A stretch of 64,000 nt of DNA from Candidatus Aenigmatarchaeota archaeon (lineage in GTDB: Archaea > Aenigmatarchaeota > Aenigmatarchaeia > CG10238-14 > SCSR01): the NCBI GenBank assembly GCA_038998335.1, contig JAVZHQ010000001.1:640001-704000 (forward strand), given 5' to 3'. Made by a program: the position numbers and the translations under genes. Positions 45,878 through 55,748 of the stretch are shown here, piece after piece. The notes under the pieces are model-generated. The model searched no databases. It worked only from the letters and a program-made list of their open reading frames with translations, and was not told where the DNA came from. The number at the start of each line of letters is the position of its first letter. Position 1 is the first letter of the stretch.

Positions 45878-46323
45878 ATTTTATCACCTTCTTTTCTTGA
45901 ACTAATAAAAAGGCCTTGCTCAGTGCAATATTTGTCAAACTTTTCAACGTTGATGTAATTCGGCTTAACTATAACAAAAGTAATTTCGGAAGTTTCCTTA
46001 ATAATCATTTCAGGACCTTCACCTTCCTCTGGCTCTATTTTCACTCCACCAGGAACTTTAAACTTTACTTTTTCTTCACTTATGTTAACAGTACATTTTG
46101 ATAAACCTTTAACTCTAAATTCGAAAGAAAAGTTTCCATAAAAGCTTGAAGAAGCAGAAATTAAAGAGCTTAACCTTTGAGCGTTAGCCCTTGCATCGTA
46201 AAAACCCATGCTTGTGGCTATTCCTACTCCACCGTAAAGAATAACATAAATCAAGACTAAAGCAACTATTATTCCGCCAATGAACATCATAAAATAGGTT
46301 GTGAATAAGGAACCTTTTACCAT
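45865..46323 (-). CDS. Pilin-like protein (start re-called at MVKGS)
   Basis: KG + hydrophobic helix; the longer ORF-track start overlaps the previous gene. Confidence 0.62.
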   Translation of the reverse strand: MVKGSLFTTYFMMFIGGIIVALVLIYVILYGGVGIATSMGFYDARANAQRLSSLISASSSFYGNFSFEFRVKGLSKCTVNISEEKVKFKVPGGVKIEPEEGEGPEMIIKETSEITFVIVKPNYINVEKFDKYCTEQGLFISSRKEGDKIWLS

Positions 46324-48503
46324 GAGCATTCGCCAAAATTGCTTGCCCCCATTATATTTTGAGGAATGTAAGGATAGTTTACAACCAGGTCTCTTGTTAC
46401 ATCTATAAATAACCTTACAGCATTTCCTAAGAATCCGCACACTGATTTTATCTTGTCGGCATCCGGCACTAGCCCAAGAGTTAAACATTTAACTATATCC
46501 ATCCAATTTAAAGCTATTTCGGTAGGTAAGAATAAACTGCAAACTATAGCTGTAATGCAATCACCAAACCAAGCAGCAGCTTCTGCACCTACATAAAAAT
46601 TAACAACTCCTTCTGTAGCATAGCAGTAATTCGGAACATCCTTAAACTCTTCTGGTTTTGTTTCGTCTGTGCAAAGAATCGGTTTGACATAAACAGTATC
46701 AGGCTCATTACCACTAACATAAAGACGTAATTTTGCAAAGCAGGGACTTACCAAATAAAATCTGGGGTTTGATGCAACCACAGAATTTCTTTCTAATTTA
46801 ATATTTTTAATTCCCCTTTCTTTGCAACTTTCTGGAAGAGGAAGTCTTGTGACATGATACCCTTTTTGCAAACAAATATAACCTTCTCCACAATAAGTTC
46901 CTGTTGTTGTATAATAAGAAATTTGTTTATCCCAATAAGTTGCACCTATAGGAGTATACATGTCTTGAAAACGAAGCCAAATATAGCCATAAGGTTCTAA
47001 TTTTTCTTTTACACCTTCTACAAGATGGTATAAAGTTCCTTTTTTCGCATGAAAAAGATACTTTGCTTCTTTTGGGTCATTAGGTACTTCTTTAAGGTAT
47101 TCCATAAATTTATCACCAAGAACTTCATCAGAAGATAAACCATAATTTTTTATCAAACCTAAAAGTTTAGAATCCTTTGGCATAAGCAGAACACTTCCAT
47201 CATCAGCCATATGCCTTAGCTTTTCGGCAAATTCTATCATAAATTTTTGGGCCTCTTTTTTTGAAGTAACATCAACAGGAAGACCTTCTTTCATCATAGT
47301 CTCAACAACTTCCCAAGATAATTCTTCATCGTATTTACCAACATACTCTAATTGATTGGCAAGAGTATGCAAACCTTTACCAGCCATAGCCTCGTCCCCA
47401 AAAGCTTCACCAATTCTTGCTTTTAAAGAATTCCAACCTTCAGAAATTCTTTCCTTGATTCTTTGTCTTAAACTATTTTCGTCTATTTCTATATCCCCAC
47501 TCTCTGTAAATATAACTCCGGCTAGATTTTCTGTCCCACCACGCTCTCCAGCTAATATGTATAAAGCATCTTTTACTTCCTTCCCTTCATTTGTACTGAT
47601 ATCAACAACCCATTTAACTCCAACTTTTTTAACTTTACCTTGAGTCTGTAGGTCATACATTACACTTTCGAAACCTTCGTCTGCTGTTTCTTCATAAACT
47701 CTTGAAAATTCTTCTGCAAGCTTCATTGACCTTGAAATTCTTGCTCTTTCAGCAAGTTTTGAAACAGCTTTTGGAATAATTATACTTGCTGTCCTTAAAG
47801 CTGGATAAACCCATGCAGCATAATAAGCACATTCTCCCAAAGTTAAATCTGTTAATGAAAGACAAACTAATGTTGTAGCTATAGTAACTTCTGCAAAATG
47901 TTTAGCCTCTGTGATGATTACTTTTCCTGCTTTAACCACTATCTTACCAGAGTCTATTAATTTTTTAATTTTTTCATGAGCTACTTTAAAAGCTTCTATT
48001 CTTCCTGCTGCTTTTCCAAATGCATCTTTTATCTTGCTATAACCTGGGCTCATTCCTAGATATAGCATATCTATAGTAAGAGTTACCATCATGTTAGAAG
48101 TCCAGGGTGTGTCTTCTGACCAAGGAATAACCAAAGCTGAAATTGGATCTTGAACTCTTACATTATTAATATAAGTTTCCCACATAGACCATGAATACGA
48201 AGGAAATTCCTCATAATAAACATAAAAGTAAGGATCTGAACCTAAGTTTGCTCCTGAAATTCCTAAGAACTGATGAGTTAAACCTTTTAATCCTGTACTT
48301 TGGGCAAGCATAAAGTTTGTGTAGGCTTCGCCATTTTGACAAGCCAGATCTAAAGCATTGTAAAGTTTTGCAAAATTTTGATCTGCTATATTTTCATAGT
48401 AATTCTGAAAAAGGAATAGATAAATTGCAAAAGCTATTCCTATAGCTATTAACAAGCCTGCCAAAAACTTTAGCATTTGAGCACTTATAGTTAAACCTTT
48501 CAT
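46317..48503 (-). CDS. Large pilin-signal protein (about 728 aa)
   Basis: MKGLTISAQ signal; central charged helical region; Cys-rich C-terminus. Confidence 0.65.
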   Translation of the reverse strand: MKGLTISAQMLKFLAGLLIAIGIAFAIYLFLFQNYYENIADQNFAKLYNALDLACQNGEAYTNFMLAQSTGLKGLTHQFLGISGANLGSDPYFYVYYEEFPSYSWSMWETYINNVRVQDPISALVIPWSEDTPWTSNMMVTLTIDMLYLGMSPGYSKIKDAFGKAAGRIEAFKVAHEKIKKLIDSGKIVVKAGKVIITEAKHFAEVTIATTLVCLSLTDLTLGECAYYAAWVYPALRTASIIIPKAVSKLAERARISRSMKLAEEFSRVYEETADEGFESVMYDLQTQGKVKKVGVKWVVDISTNEGKEVKDALYILAGERGGTENLAGVIFTESGDIEIDENSLRQRIKERISEGWNSLKARIGEAFGDEAMAGKGLHTLANQLEYVGKYDEELSWEVVETMMKEGLPVDVTSKKEAQKFMIEFAEKLRHMADDGSVLLMPKDSKLLGLIKNYGLSSDEVLGDKFMEYLKEVPNDPKEAKYLFHAKKGTLYHLVEGVKEKLEPYGYIWLRFQDMYTPIGATYWDKQISYYTTTGTYCGEGYICLQKGYHVTRLPLPESCKERGIKNIKLERNSVVASNPRFYLVSPCFAKLRLYVSGNEPDTVYVKPILCTDETKPEEFKDVPNYCYATEGVVNFYVGAEAAAWFGDCITAIVCSLFLPTEIALNWMDIVKCLTLGLVPDADKIKSVCGFLGNAVRLFIDVTRDLVVNYPYIPQNIMGASNFGECSW

Positions 48504-48808
48504 TTTATACAACCACAATGTCTAAAAAACTCTTCTGCACTATAGCCTGCATCACTTCTTATTTGATCTAAAGAACAACCATAAACATCGTTAATCATCT
48601 TTATATCATCCTCATCCATATCACGATCATTATCAACATCGCATCCTCTGTTCCTCAATTCCAAACATCCTAACTCAACCAAAGAACCACAACCTGTTTG
48701 AGGAGGAAAAAGGTACAAATAAGCTATTATCGAAACCAAAACTATAAGAGCAACTATAACTATTACTGCAGTGTTTACAGGTAAACTAATCCCCTTGATT
48801 TCCACCAC
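48500..48808 (-). CDS. Class III signal peptide pilin-like protein
   Basis: KGISLPVN signal; DVDNDRD loop. Confidence 0.7.
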   Translation of the reverse strand: MVEIKGISLPVNTAVIVIVALIVLVSIIAYLYLFPPQTGCGSLVELGCLELRNRGCDVDNDRDMDEDDIKMINDVYGCSLDQIRSDAGYSAEEFFRHCGCIK

Positions 48809-48947
48809 CTTTTATCAAATCCCAGAACAGTTTTGTAAGATCTTCAGCCCATTTTTTTCCTGCGGTTAAGAAAATTAAAGCAACAAGAAGAATTATTGCA
48901 AAAGCTACTATCATTACCACAACTTTAAAGCTTATTTTTCCTTTCAT
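48786..48947 (-). CDS. Mini pilin-like protein (53 aa, not in ORF track)
   Basis: MKGKISFKVVVMIVAFAIILLVALIFLTAGKKW... Confidence 0.65.
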   Translation of the reverse strand: MKGKISFKVVVMIVAFAIILLVALIFLTAGKKWAEDLTKLFWDLIKGGGNQGD

Positions 48948-48954
48948 CCTAATT

Positions 48955-49080
48955 CTACCCTGGTGGGTTATATCTCCACTCCCAAAAACTTGGAAGTCTT
49001 AAAACAACAAAAACTATGACAAAAAGAATAATCGCTGCTATTATTATTCCAATTATCAGCCATAGCATATCCTCGTCCAT
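48955..49080 (-). CDS. Mini pilin-like protein (41 aa, not in ORF track)
   Basis: MDEDMLWLIIGIIIAAIILFVIVFVVLRLP... Confidence 0.5.
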   Translation of the reverse strand: MDEDMLWLIIGIIIAAIILFVIVFVVLRLPSFWEWRYNPPG

Positions 49081-49099
49081 TATAATCCTTAATTTTTAG

Positions 49100-49291
49100 C
49101 TACAACGTGCTACAATCAAAGTTCGGATCTGAAACTTTTCTTATAAGGCATTCTATATACTTCCCCACATTAAACAAATTGCTCAAAGCTTCAGCTCCGT
49201 AACCTCTCACATAAAGTGCAAAAACTACAATTATTAACAAAATTATAACAGTAACTACTACTGCTATTATCACGTTCATCGGTAGTTCCAT
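49100..49291 (-). CDS. Mini pilin-like protein
   Basis: MELPMNVII hydrophobic N-terminus. Confidence 0.6.
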   Translation of the reverse strand: MELPMNVIIAVVVTVIILLIIVVFALYVRGYGAEALSNLFNVGKYIECLIRKVSDPNFDCSTL

Positions 49292-49300
49292 AATTAATAT

Positions 49301-49513
49301 TTATCCTCTTGTAAATATATCGCATACGCCTGCTATAGGGTTTCCCTTACCAAAAACTTGCTCAAAAACTTGTTTACAAAGAACAACAGCACCCTCAGCT
49401 AAATTTCTTCCTGTAACTAAACTAAAAACAAGAACTGAAACTATAATAATCGCAATAATTGCTACAATTATTCCTACTATAACCTTCCAGCTTAGTTGTA
49501 TAGCTCCTTTCAT
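49301..49513 (-). CDS. Mini pilin-like protein
   Basis: MKGAIQLSWK signal. Confidence 0.7.
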   Translation of the reverse strand: MKGAIQLSWKVIVGIIVAIIAIIIVSVLVFSLVTGRNLAEGAVVLCKQVFEQVFGKGNPIAGVCDIFTRG

Positions 49514-49514
49514 T

Positions 49515-49694
49515 TTACTTCCTTTCCGTGATTTTTTTCCAAAGTTCTACTAAATCCCTAATCGTAATGTTTTTAAAAAAATTAACTATCTCGTCAGAAA
49601 GTCCTGTAGTAAAAAGCAAGATTATCAAAAAAGCAGCTATAGAAGCTATTATAATCAAAAGTACTTTCCAGTTAAGCTCTATTACACCTTTCAT
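49515..49694 (-). CDS. Mini pilin-like protein
   Basis: MKGVIELNWK signal (start re-called). Confidence 0.7.
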   Translation of the reverse strand: MKGVIELNWKVLLIIIASIAAFLIILLFTTGLSDEIVNFFKNITIRDLVELWKKITERK

Positions 49695-49696
49695 TC

Positions 49697-49924
49697 TTAT
49701 CCTTGCGGACATTCTTGAAATATATCACAAATTCTAAGAGCACTTGCTCCATACCCCAAAAACTGCAACTTGCTAATCAAAAGCAAGCATCCTTCCCTTG
49801 CCCCTGCACTCAAAGCACAAGTGTTAATCATTCCAAAAAGTATCAAAATAACTATTAGTAAGAGAATTATACCTGAAATTAAAAATACCAAGATTTTCCA
49901 GTTAAGCTCTATTACACCTTTCAT
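49697..49924 (-). CDS. Mini pilin-like protein
   Basis: MKGVIELNWK signal; first 30 bp identical to the neighbouring gene. Confidence 0.7.
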   Translation of the reverse strand: MKGVIELNWKILVFLISGIILLLIVILILFGMINTCALSAGAREGCLLLISKLQFLGYGASALRICDIFQECPQG

Positions 49925-50052
49925 ACAAACTCAACTTTTATTGGAATTATTTTCATGTAAAAGACTGCGATGAAAACAAAAATTAAGATTATAGCCAAGC
50001 CTATAACTATCCAAAGCAATGTTTGAACATGACTTTCTAACACACCTTTCAT
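49921..50052 (-). CDS. Mini pilin-like protein (43 aa, not in ORF track)
   Basis: MKGVLESHVQTLLWIVIGLAIILIFVF...; ATGA overlaps at both ends. Confidence 0.65.
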   Translation of the reverse strand: MKGVLESHVQTLLWIVIGLAIILIFVFIAVFYMKIIPIKVEFV

Positions 50053-52094
50053 CTTGGCGCACCCAAAAGCAAAACTTTTAGTATATCACCAAAAACTAAG
50101 TAAGTTACAAACAAAACAATTACATAAACAATTGTTGAAACTAAGGTAATTTTTCCTATCAAGTTAACTTCGCCTACACGGTCTTCCCCATTTTCTATTC
50201 CGTTAACGAACATCCCTATTAAAAATGATGTTTCTATAACATAAATTCCTAATACAAGCTGGAAAATATCTGGAGAAATCCCTATTCCACCCCTCCAAAG
50301 TTTTAATAAAAAGCTTGCTGAACCAGGAACTTCAACGTTAGACATACTTCCAAACTGCAGAGAAAGAATAGCCAAAATGTTAATAACTATAACTGCCATC
50401 GCAACAGTTACTCCTGCAACCAAAGGAGCCAGGAAAAAACCTAGAAACTTCATGCTAGTTGCTGCCTCGCTTAAAATTTCCTGAATTTGTTCTTCTACTT
50501 GGTGCATCCCTTTCAAGTATCTTGAAATTGTCAAAGAACTTGTTGCAACAGCATTATAACCTTTTCTTGATGCATCAACTATTATTTTCATCACAGAGTA
50601 AATCAAATCAGAAGGGTAAGCTTTTATAGCTCCTATCTTTTCGTCAAAAACAGATTTTTCAAAAGTCAAACCAAAGAGCTTTATGTTTCTTATTATCTTT
50701 TCGTAAAAGTTTGCTATTTCCATTTTCTTAAGGTTAAGCTTAGCCTTTTCTAGAGCAAACTCTATGGAATGGCCTGACTTAATTTGATGACCCAACTGGA
50801 ATAAAGCTTCTCTGAATTCTCTTTCTAAGTTTTTAACCTTTTCTCTCAACTTGAGCTTTGGTTGACTAACCAAAAGACATGCAAAACCAATAGAAATTCC
50901 TATTCCTAAAATTATCGAAGAAGAAGAGATTGTAGGAGTTAAAGTATCAGTAATAACTTTTTTGCATTCATCAGAGCTCAGCTCTAAACCTTTAGGCTTA
51001 GAAGCGTTAAAACCAACAACCTGCCATTCTCTACAAAGAGATGAAAGTGTAGTATAATGATAAAGCATGGGTGCACCAAAAATTAAGAAGGCAAGAAGTA
51101 TAGGAAAAATTATCGTCAAGACCGAAATTTCAATTTTATTTTTTCCGATTTCTATCACTAAGCTATGGGCGCTTCCCTTTATTTGAGGCTGGGAAGTTGC
51201 TGGTGGTTTTCTTTCTAAAGTCTGATTCATTAACCAATAAAGAAGTAAAGGTAGAGCAACATCATAACCCAAAATTAAAAACCAAACGTTAAAAATTCCT
51301 TGCATAAATATCATAACTATAGGGAAAATTATCAAAGCTATGACTGGTAGAATTATTCCTAAGGAATAGATTAGCATAACTGGCATTCTTAAGCCTAAAG
51401 CATAATGTTTCATTCTTTCAACAGTCCCGTTTAGCAAAACGTCTATTGCTTCATCAATTAAAGCAAGTCTTTGCTCACCAAGCTGGGAAGTAGAACTTTG
51501 GAGTATTTTAACAGTTTCAACAAACTCCTCGTTTTCTTTTCCCCATTTTTCAAGAAAATCGTCTAAAGCGTCATCAACAGAAAAATATCTTTGAGTTTCT
51601 AAGTCCCAAATTATTTTCTTTAAGTCTAAACCTATAACACCTCTTGAGTTTTCTGCCGCAAACCTTACCGCATTCTCTAGGTTAGAAGTTTCTCTCAAGG
51701 CAACTGCCATGTAAAGAGTTGCCAAAATCATTTCAGTAGAAGCCCTTGCTCTTATTACTTTAACTTTTAAAAAAGGGTAATTGTACAAATAGAATAAAAA
51801 GAAAAGGAAGAGAAAAATTAAGCCAGCTAGTGCTATTGCATTTATTAAACCAAGCAATAAAAGAACAATTAAAACTGGAAAAACGATTAAGAACAAAACA
51901 GTAACTAAAGAGACTGGACCAGAAGGAGAAATGTTCAAATAGCAAAACCTTATTGCAGATTCAAACCTTTGTTCAGTTTCTTTACTTGCTCTAACCTTTA
52001 AAATTTTTTCAGCAAAGTTACAAGCTTTTTCATAAAGAGAAAGTTGTGGCTTCACGCTTTTTAAAAACTCTTGATACTCTTTTGAAATCATCAT
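50049..52094 (-). CDS. TadC/ArlJ-like pilus membrane platform protein
   Basis: 681 aa multi-TM protein next to the ATPase; NLE.A..F, ERMK.Y, GIENG.D shared with 33075..35153. Confidence 0.82.
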   Translation of the reverse strand: MMISKEYQEFLKSVKPQLSLYEKACNFAEKILKVRASKETEQRFESAIRFCYLNISPSGPVSLVTVLFLIVFPVLIVLLLLGLINAIALAGLIFLFLFFLFYLYNYPFLKVKVIRARASTEMILATLYMAVALRETSNLENAVRFAAENSRGVIGLDLKKIIWDLETQRYFSVDDALDDFLEKWGKENEEFVETVKILQSSTSQLGEQRLALIDEAIDVLLNGTVERMKHYALGLRMPVMLIYSLGIILPVIALIIFPIVMIFMQGIFNVWFLILGYDVALPLLLYWLMNQTLERKPPATSQPQIKGSAHSLVIEIGKNKIEISVLTIIFPILLAFLIFGAPMLYHYTTLSSLCREWQVVGFNASKPKGLELSSDECKKVITDTLTPTISSSSIILGIGISIGFACLLVSQPKLKLREKVKNLEREFREALFQLGHQIKSGHSIEFALEKAKLNLKKMEIANFYEKIIRNIKLFGLTFEKSVFDEKIGAIKAYPSDLIYSVMKIIVDASRKGYNAVATSSLTISRYLKGMHQVEEQIQEILSEAATSMKFLGFFLAPLVAGVTVAMAVIVINILAILSLQFGSMSNVEVPGSASFLLKLWRGGIGISPDIFQLVLGIYVIETSFLIGMFVNGIENGEDRVGEVNLIGKITLVSTIVYVIVLFVTYLVFGDILKVLLLGAPR

Positions 52095-54331
52095 TTCAAC
52101 CTAGATTTTAACCATTCCAACCATTTCTCATAAATCATCTTTGAATCCAAAGCACCAACTTCTTGCCTAACTTGCTCAGAAATTATGTGAAATGCATCGT
52201 TAGCGTCGCAAACAAAGTCTGCTTCAAGAATTTCTGGCTTGTTTAACCTTTCTGCATACTCAACTAAAGTCTGCTTAATTTTTGCTCTTAGTAAAATATT
52301 ATCCCAAACATCATCCCATCTTCCGTGCCATTCCCTTACTCTTTTAGCAATTTCGTTCAAAACATAGGATTCTCCATCTATTAAAGTATCAGTTGGTTTA
52401 AGTTTGTCTTCTTTTGCTGAGTATTGCATCAACGGAACAAAACCTCCCTCATCTAAAGGATCCTGCTTCCAATGTTTTCTCACTTCTGTTAATTCAACGA
52501 CTCTTCTGAATCTATGTAAGCCATCAGGAGAGCGAAGCATGTTACAAATTGTGATTAAATCGATTGCCTTAAAGCTGGTTGGAGCTACACCCAAATCATG
52601 AACTACTCTGTCATAAACTCCGTAAGGAGACTCGCCGTGAATTGTTCCTGCAACAACATTAGCTAAAGCACCGATCCTCATTGCCTCAAAAAGAACTGTA
52701 CTCTCTACTGAGCGTACTTCTCCTACTATCAAGCAAGAATCTCCCAACCTTAAAGCAGTCCTTAAGGCTTCGTCAGCAGGTACTTCAGTTTCAACTCTTG
52801 TTATTACAGAGCGAGATTTTAGCCTTTCAATGTTATATCCTAGCTGTCTTAAATGAGATACAGGAAGCTCCAAAGTATCCTCTTGTATAATAATCCTAAA
52901 CTTTCTCATTATCTCCAAAAGTAAGGAAGAAAGTAATGAAGTTTTTCCTGAACTTCTTCCTCCTGCTATAAGAATTGCTCTTCCTCCATCAACAACAAAA
53001 CTCATTAGTCCTGCGTACAAAGGATCAAACATTCTTGCCTTCAAAAACAAAGGGAATGTCCAGGGCCTTTCCCTATGCCTTCTGAAAGCAAAGGCTAAAC
53101 CTTCAGGGCTTAAAGTTCTTGTTATTGCTGCAACTCTTGCCCTTCCTCCTGGAACTTCTAACTCGCAATCTAAAACTGGGTTTGCCTCGTCTAAAGGCCT
53201 ACCAGAATAAAGCCTAAAACGAGTTGCCCATGCTTCTGCATCTTCCTTAGTTGGTATTAAATTTGTTTCACATTCTTCAAAATCTGAGTGAAAAATAAAA
53301 ATTGGTGTTAAGCCTATGGGTGAATTTATGTAAATGTCTTGGATTTTCTCATCGCTCAACAAAAGCTCGAGTACACCAAAACCTGCTGTGTAACGCGCTA
53401 AAAGCATTGCAAGCTCTTCAATTTCCTCTGGATTTAAATCCAAATTCATGCTTCTTCCAATTTCTCTAACCAAATCCTTTCCTATGTTGAAGAAAATTTC
53501 CCTTGCTTTTTGTGGTTCAGTAATTTCTGTTTCTGTAGGCTTATGAGCAGCTAGATAATTTTTTGTTCTGTCAAGAACCATAAACTTTTTCTCGTTTAGC
53601 TTGAATTCCGGAGGTGTTATATGGTAGAGCAGCCTAACTTTTCCTGGAACTTTGAAAATTTCAACCACAACATTTCCTGGTAAGTAGTACTTATCTAAAA
53701 GCTGACCTTCCCTTGGAGGAAGAAGCATAAAGCGAGTAAGCATAAAGTTTGGTTTTGTTAATGGATGGAAAATTTGCCTGTAAATTTTTCTATCCCCTGG
53801 TTTATAGCCTTCTAGCTTTTCTTTTGCCATTTTTATTAGCTTGCAAGAAGAAAGAATTTTTTCTATAGGCAATAAAGCATTTTCTAGGTAATGGGTATAA
53901 CACTTTTTCATTTCTGGTGGAGCTTTTTCTTCGTTTATTTTTGCTGCTAAGATCATTTTTTGTAGTCTTAAATAAGCTGCAACAGGATCTTTTCTCAAAA
54001 GCTCAAGAATTAGAAATTGCAAGGCAGAAAACCTTTTTGAGAATAAATTCTCACAACCAGGACAAACAAGTTTTTCCATGGTTAAAAACTTCTCCTCGTT
54101 TAAAATTTTGTTGTAAGCTTCTGCTATTTCTCTTAAAATTTTTACTTGCTCAAAGTCATATTCATTTTCCCTAGTTTCTGCAAGTATTATCCTTTCAACA
54201 TTTTTTACTTCTAAAAGTTTGTCTATGGTTTTTGCCATACAAGCTTGAAAATCCTCTATGCTTGAACCATAAATACAGCCCAAGCAATTTACTCTTAAAG
54301 TATTCTCCCTAAGCTCGTAATCGCAGACCAA
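52091..54331 (-). CDS. Type IV pilus/type II secretion ATPase (TadA/VirB11 family)
   Basis: Walker A GGRSSGKT, EDTLEL Asp box, ALRLG..LIVGEVR Walker B, GTIHG. Confidence 0.92.
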   Translation of the reverse strand: MVCDYELRENTLRVNCLGCIYGSSIEDFQACMAKTIDKLLEVKNVERIILAETRENEYDFEQVKILREIAEAYNKILNEEKFLTMEKLVCPGCENLFSKRFSALQFLILELLRKDPVAAYLRLQKMILAAKINEEKAPPEMKKCYTHYLENALLPIEKILSSCKLIKMAKEKLEGYKPGDRKIYRQIFHPLTKPNFMLTRFMLLPPREGQLLDKYYLPGNVVVEIFKVPGKVRLLYHITPPEFKLNEKKFMVLDRTKNYLAAHKPTETEITEPQKAREIFFNIGKDLVREIGRSMNLDLNPEEIEELAMLLARYTAGFGVLELLLSDEKIQDIYINSPIGLTPIFIFHSDFEECETNLIPTKEDAEAWATRFRLYSGRPLDEANPVLDCELEVPGGRARVAAITRTLSPEGLAFAFRRHRERPWTFPLFLKARMFDPLYAGLMSFVVDGGRAILIAGGRSSGKTSLLSSLLLEIMRKFRIIIQEDTLELPVSHLRQLGYNIERLKSRSVITRVETEVPADEALRTALRLGDSCLIVGEVRSVESTVLFEAMRIGALANVVAGTIHGESPYGVYDRVVHDLGVAPTSFKAIDLITICNMLRSPDGLHRFRRVVELTEVRKHWKQDPLDEGGFVPLMQYSAKEDKLKPTDTLIDGESYVLNEIAKRVREWHGRWDDVWDNILLRAKIKQTLVEYAERLNKPEILEADFVCDANDAFHIISEQVRQEVGALDSKMIYEKWLEWLKSRLK

Positions 54332-54383
54332 GATTATCTCCTTTATTTAAATTTATCTTTTTCCTTTCACAAATTCTTTATTA

Positions 54384-54779
54384 ATGGCAGAAGAAAAGCC
54401 AATACCTATTAGGCCAATTATAAACGAGATTGTTAGAAGGTTGAACGAAAGCGAAAGAAGAATAAGGGATATGGAAATAAGAATGGAAAGAATTGAAACA
54501 ACTCTTTCTACAATAGAAGAAAAGCTACTCAACCAACTAAACGATTTAAAAATAGATGTAACAAAAGTTGGAAAGAAGCTTGAAAGTTTTGTTGAAAAAA
54601 TTAATTTTTACGAAAGCGAGATTTTAAGGCTAAACAAGGAATTGGCAAAAGCTGCAACTAAGGCTGATTTGAAAAAAGTTGAAACTTATGTTGAGATTTT
54701 AAACCCAGTAACTTCTAAGTTTGTCACGAGAGAAGAAATGGAAAGAGCTTTAGAAGAAATTAAGAAGAAGAGGTTTTAA
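54384..54779 (+). CDS. Coiled-coil protein
   Basis: Heptad-rich 131 aa. Confidence 0.65.
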   Translation: MAEEKPIPIRPIINEIVRRLNESERRIRDMEIRMERIETTLSTIEEKLLNQLNDLKIDVTKVGKKLESFVEKINFYESEILRLNKELAKAATKADLKKVETYVEILNPVTSKFVTREEMERALEEIKKKRF

Positions 54780-54820
54780 GCTTATTATTTTAAAAAAACA
54801 AAAAATAATTTAGTGGTTTA

Positions 54821-55492
54821 ATGCCTGTCCCTTTAACAAAAAAAGAAGAGGTTTTACCAAAACCTTCTGTTTTAAGTAGAATAGAGGAACTTTCTTCTCG
54901 TGGTTTGTCAGAAATTGAAATTATCGATACTTTGAGAAAAGAAGGTTACTCTCCTGACGAGATAGATAAAGGCTTGACAGAAGCTTTGAAGTTTAGTGCT
55001 ACTCAACCAAAAGCTCCACCTCTACCAAAACCAAAAGAAGAACCGAAAAAGCTTCCTTCGCCGCCTGAACCACCAAAACTTCCTGCAAGCTTACCTGCTC
55101 CTCTTGAGCTTCCTTCAGAACCTGTACCGCAAATTCCTGAAATTTCTGTTCAGCAAGATTATTTTTATCCTGAATATACTACTGAAGAATATATCGACTA
55201 CATGATAAAAGAAAAGACAGAAGAGCTTAACAGAAAAATAAGTGAGTTTATGCTTAAACAGAAAGAATTAGAAGCAAAGATTTTAAGCTTACATGAAAAG
55301 TTGAGCGAAGTTTCTCAAACAAAAGTTACCGAGCAGCAACTAATAGGGACAAAAATAGATTCTTTAAAAGAAATTGTAGAAGAAATGAATATAAGAGTTG
55401 AGAGTTTGGAAAAAGCTTTTAAGGAAACACTACCTGCACTAATCGAAAGCATAAGGGCTTTAAGCGAACTAACACAAAAACTTAAAGTTTAA
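54821..55492 (+). CDS. Protein with Pro-rich linker and coiled coil
   Basis: GLS..EII..L..EGY N-domain, PPLPKP linker, C-terminal coiled coil. Confidence 0.65.
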   Translation: MPVPLTKKEEVLPKPSVLSRIEELSSRGLSEIEIIDTLRKEGYSPDEIDKGLTEALKFSATQPKAPPLPKPKEEPKKLPSPPEPPKLPASLPAPLELPSEPVPQIPEISVQQDYFYPEYTTEEYIDYMIKEKTEELNRKISEFMLKQKELEAKILSLHEKLSEVSQTKVTEQQLIGTKIDSLKEIVEEMNIRVESLEKAFKETLPALIESIRALSELTQKLKV

Positions 55493-55493
55493 A

Positions 55494-55715
55494 CTATTCG
55501 AACATCTCGTAAATTTTTAATCTAGCAAGATCTTCGATTGCTTTTTCTCTTCCTTCTCTGAGAATTTTTATTTTCCTTTCTAAAGCATCCACAACATTAT
55601 CTTGAGCTTGAGGAATGTAACTTGCTGTCTGTGCTTCATAACTTGCTAACAATCCTAACAATTTTGATACATGCTCTTTTGATTTGTTAAGATACTTATC
55701 TCTCATATTCACCAC
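55494..55715 (-). CDS. Hypothetical helical protein
   Basis: 73 aa ORF filling the gap, with TATA-like sequence upstream. Confidence 0.5.
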   Translation of the reverse strand: MVNMRDKYLNKSKEHVSKLLGLLASYEAQTASYIPQAQDNVVDALERKIKILREGREKAIEDLARLKIYEMFE

Positions 55716-55748
55716 TTAAAAGTAATAAGAATAGAAAAGTATTTAAAT

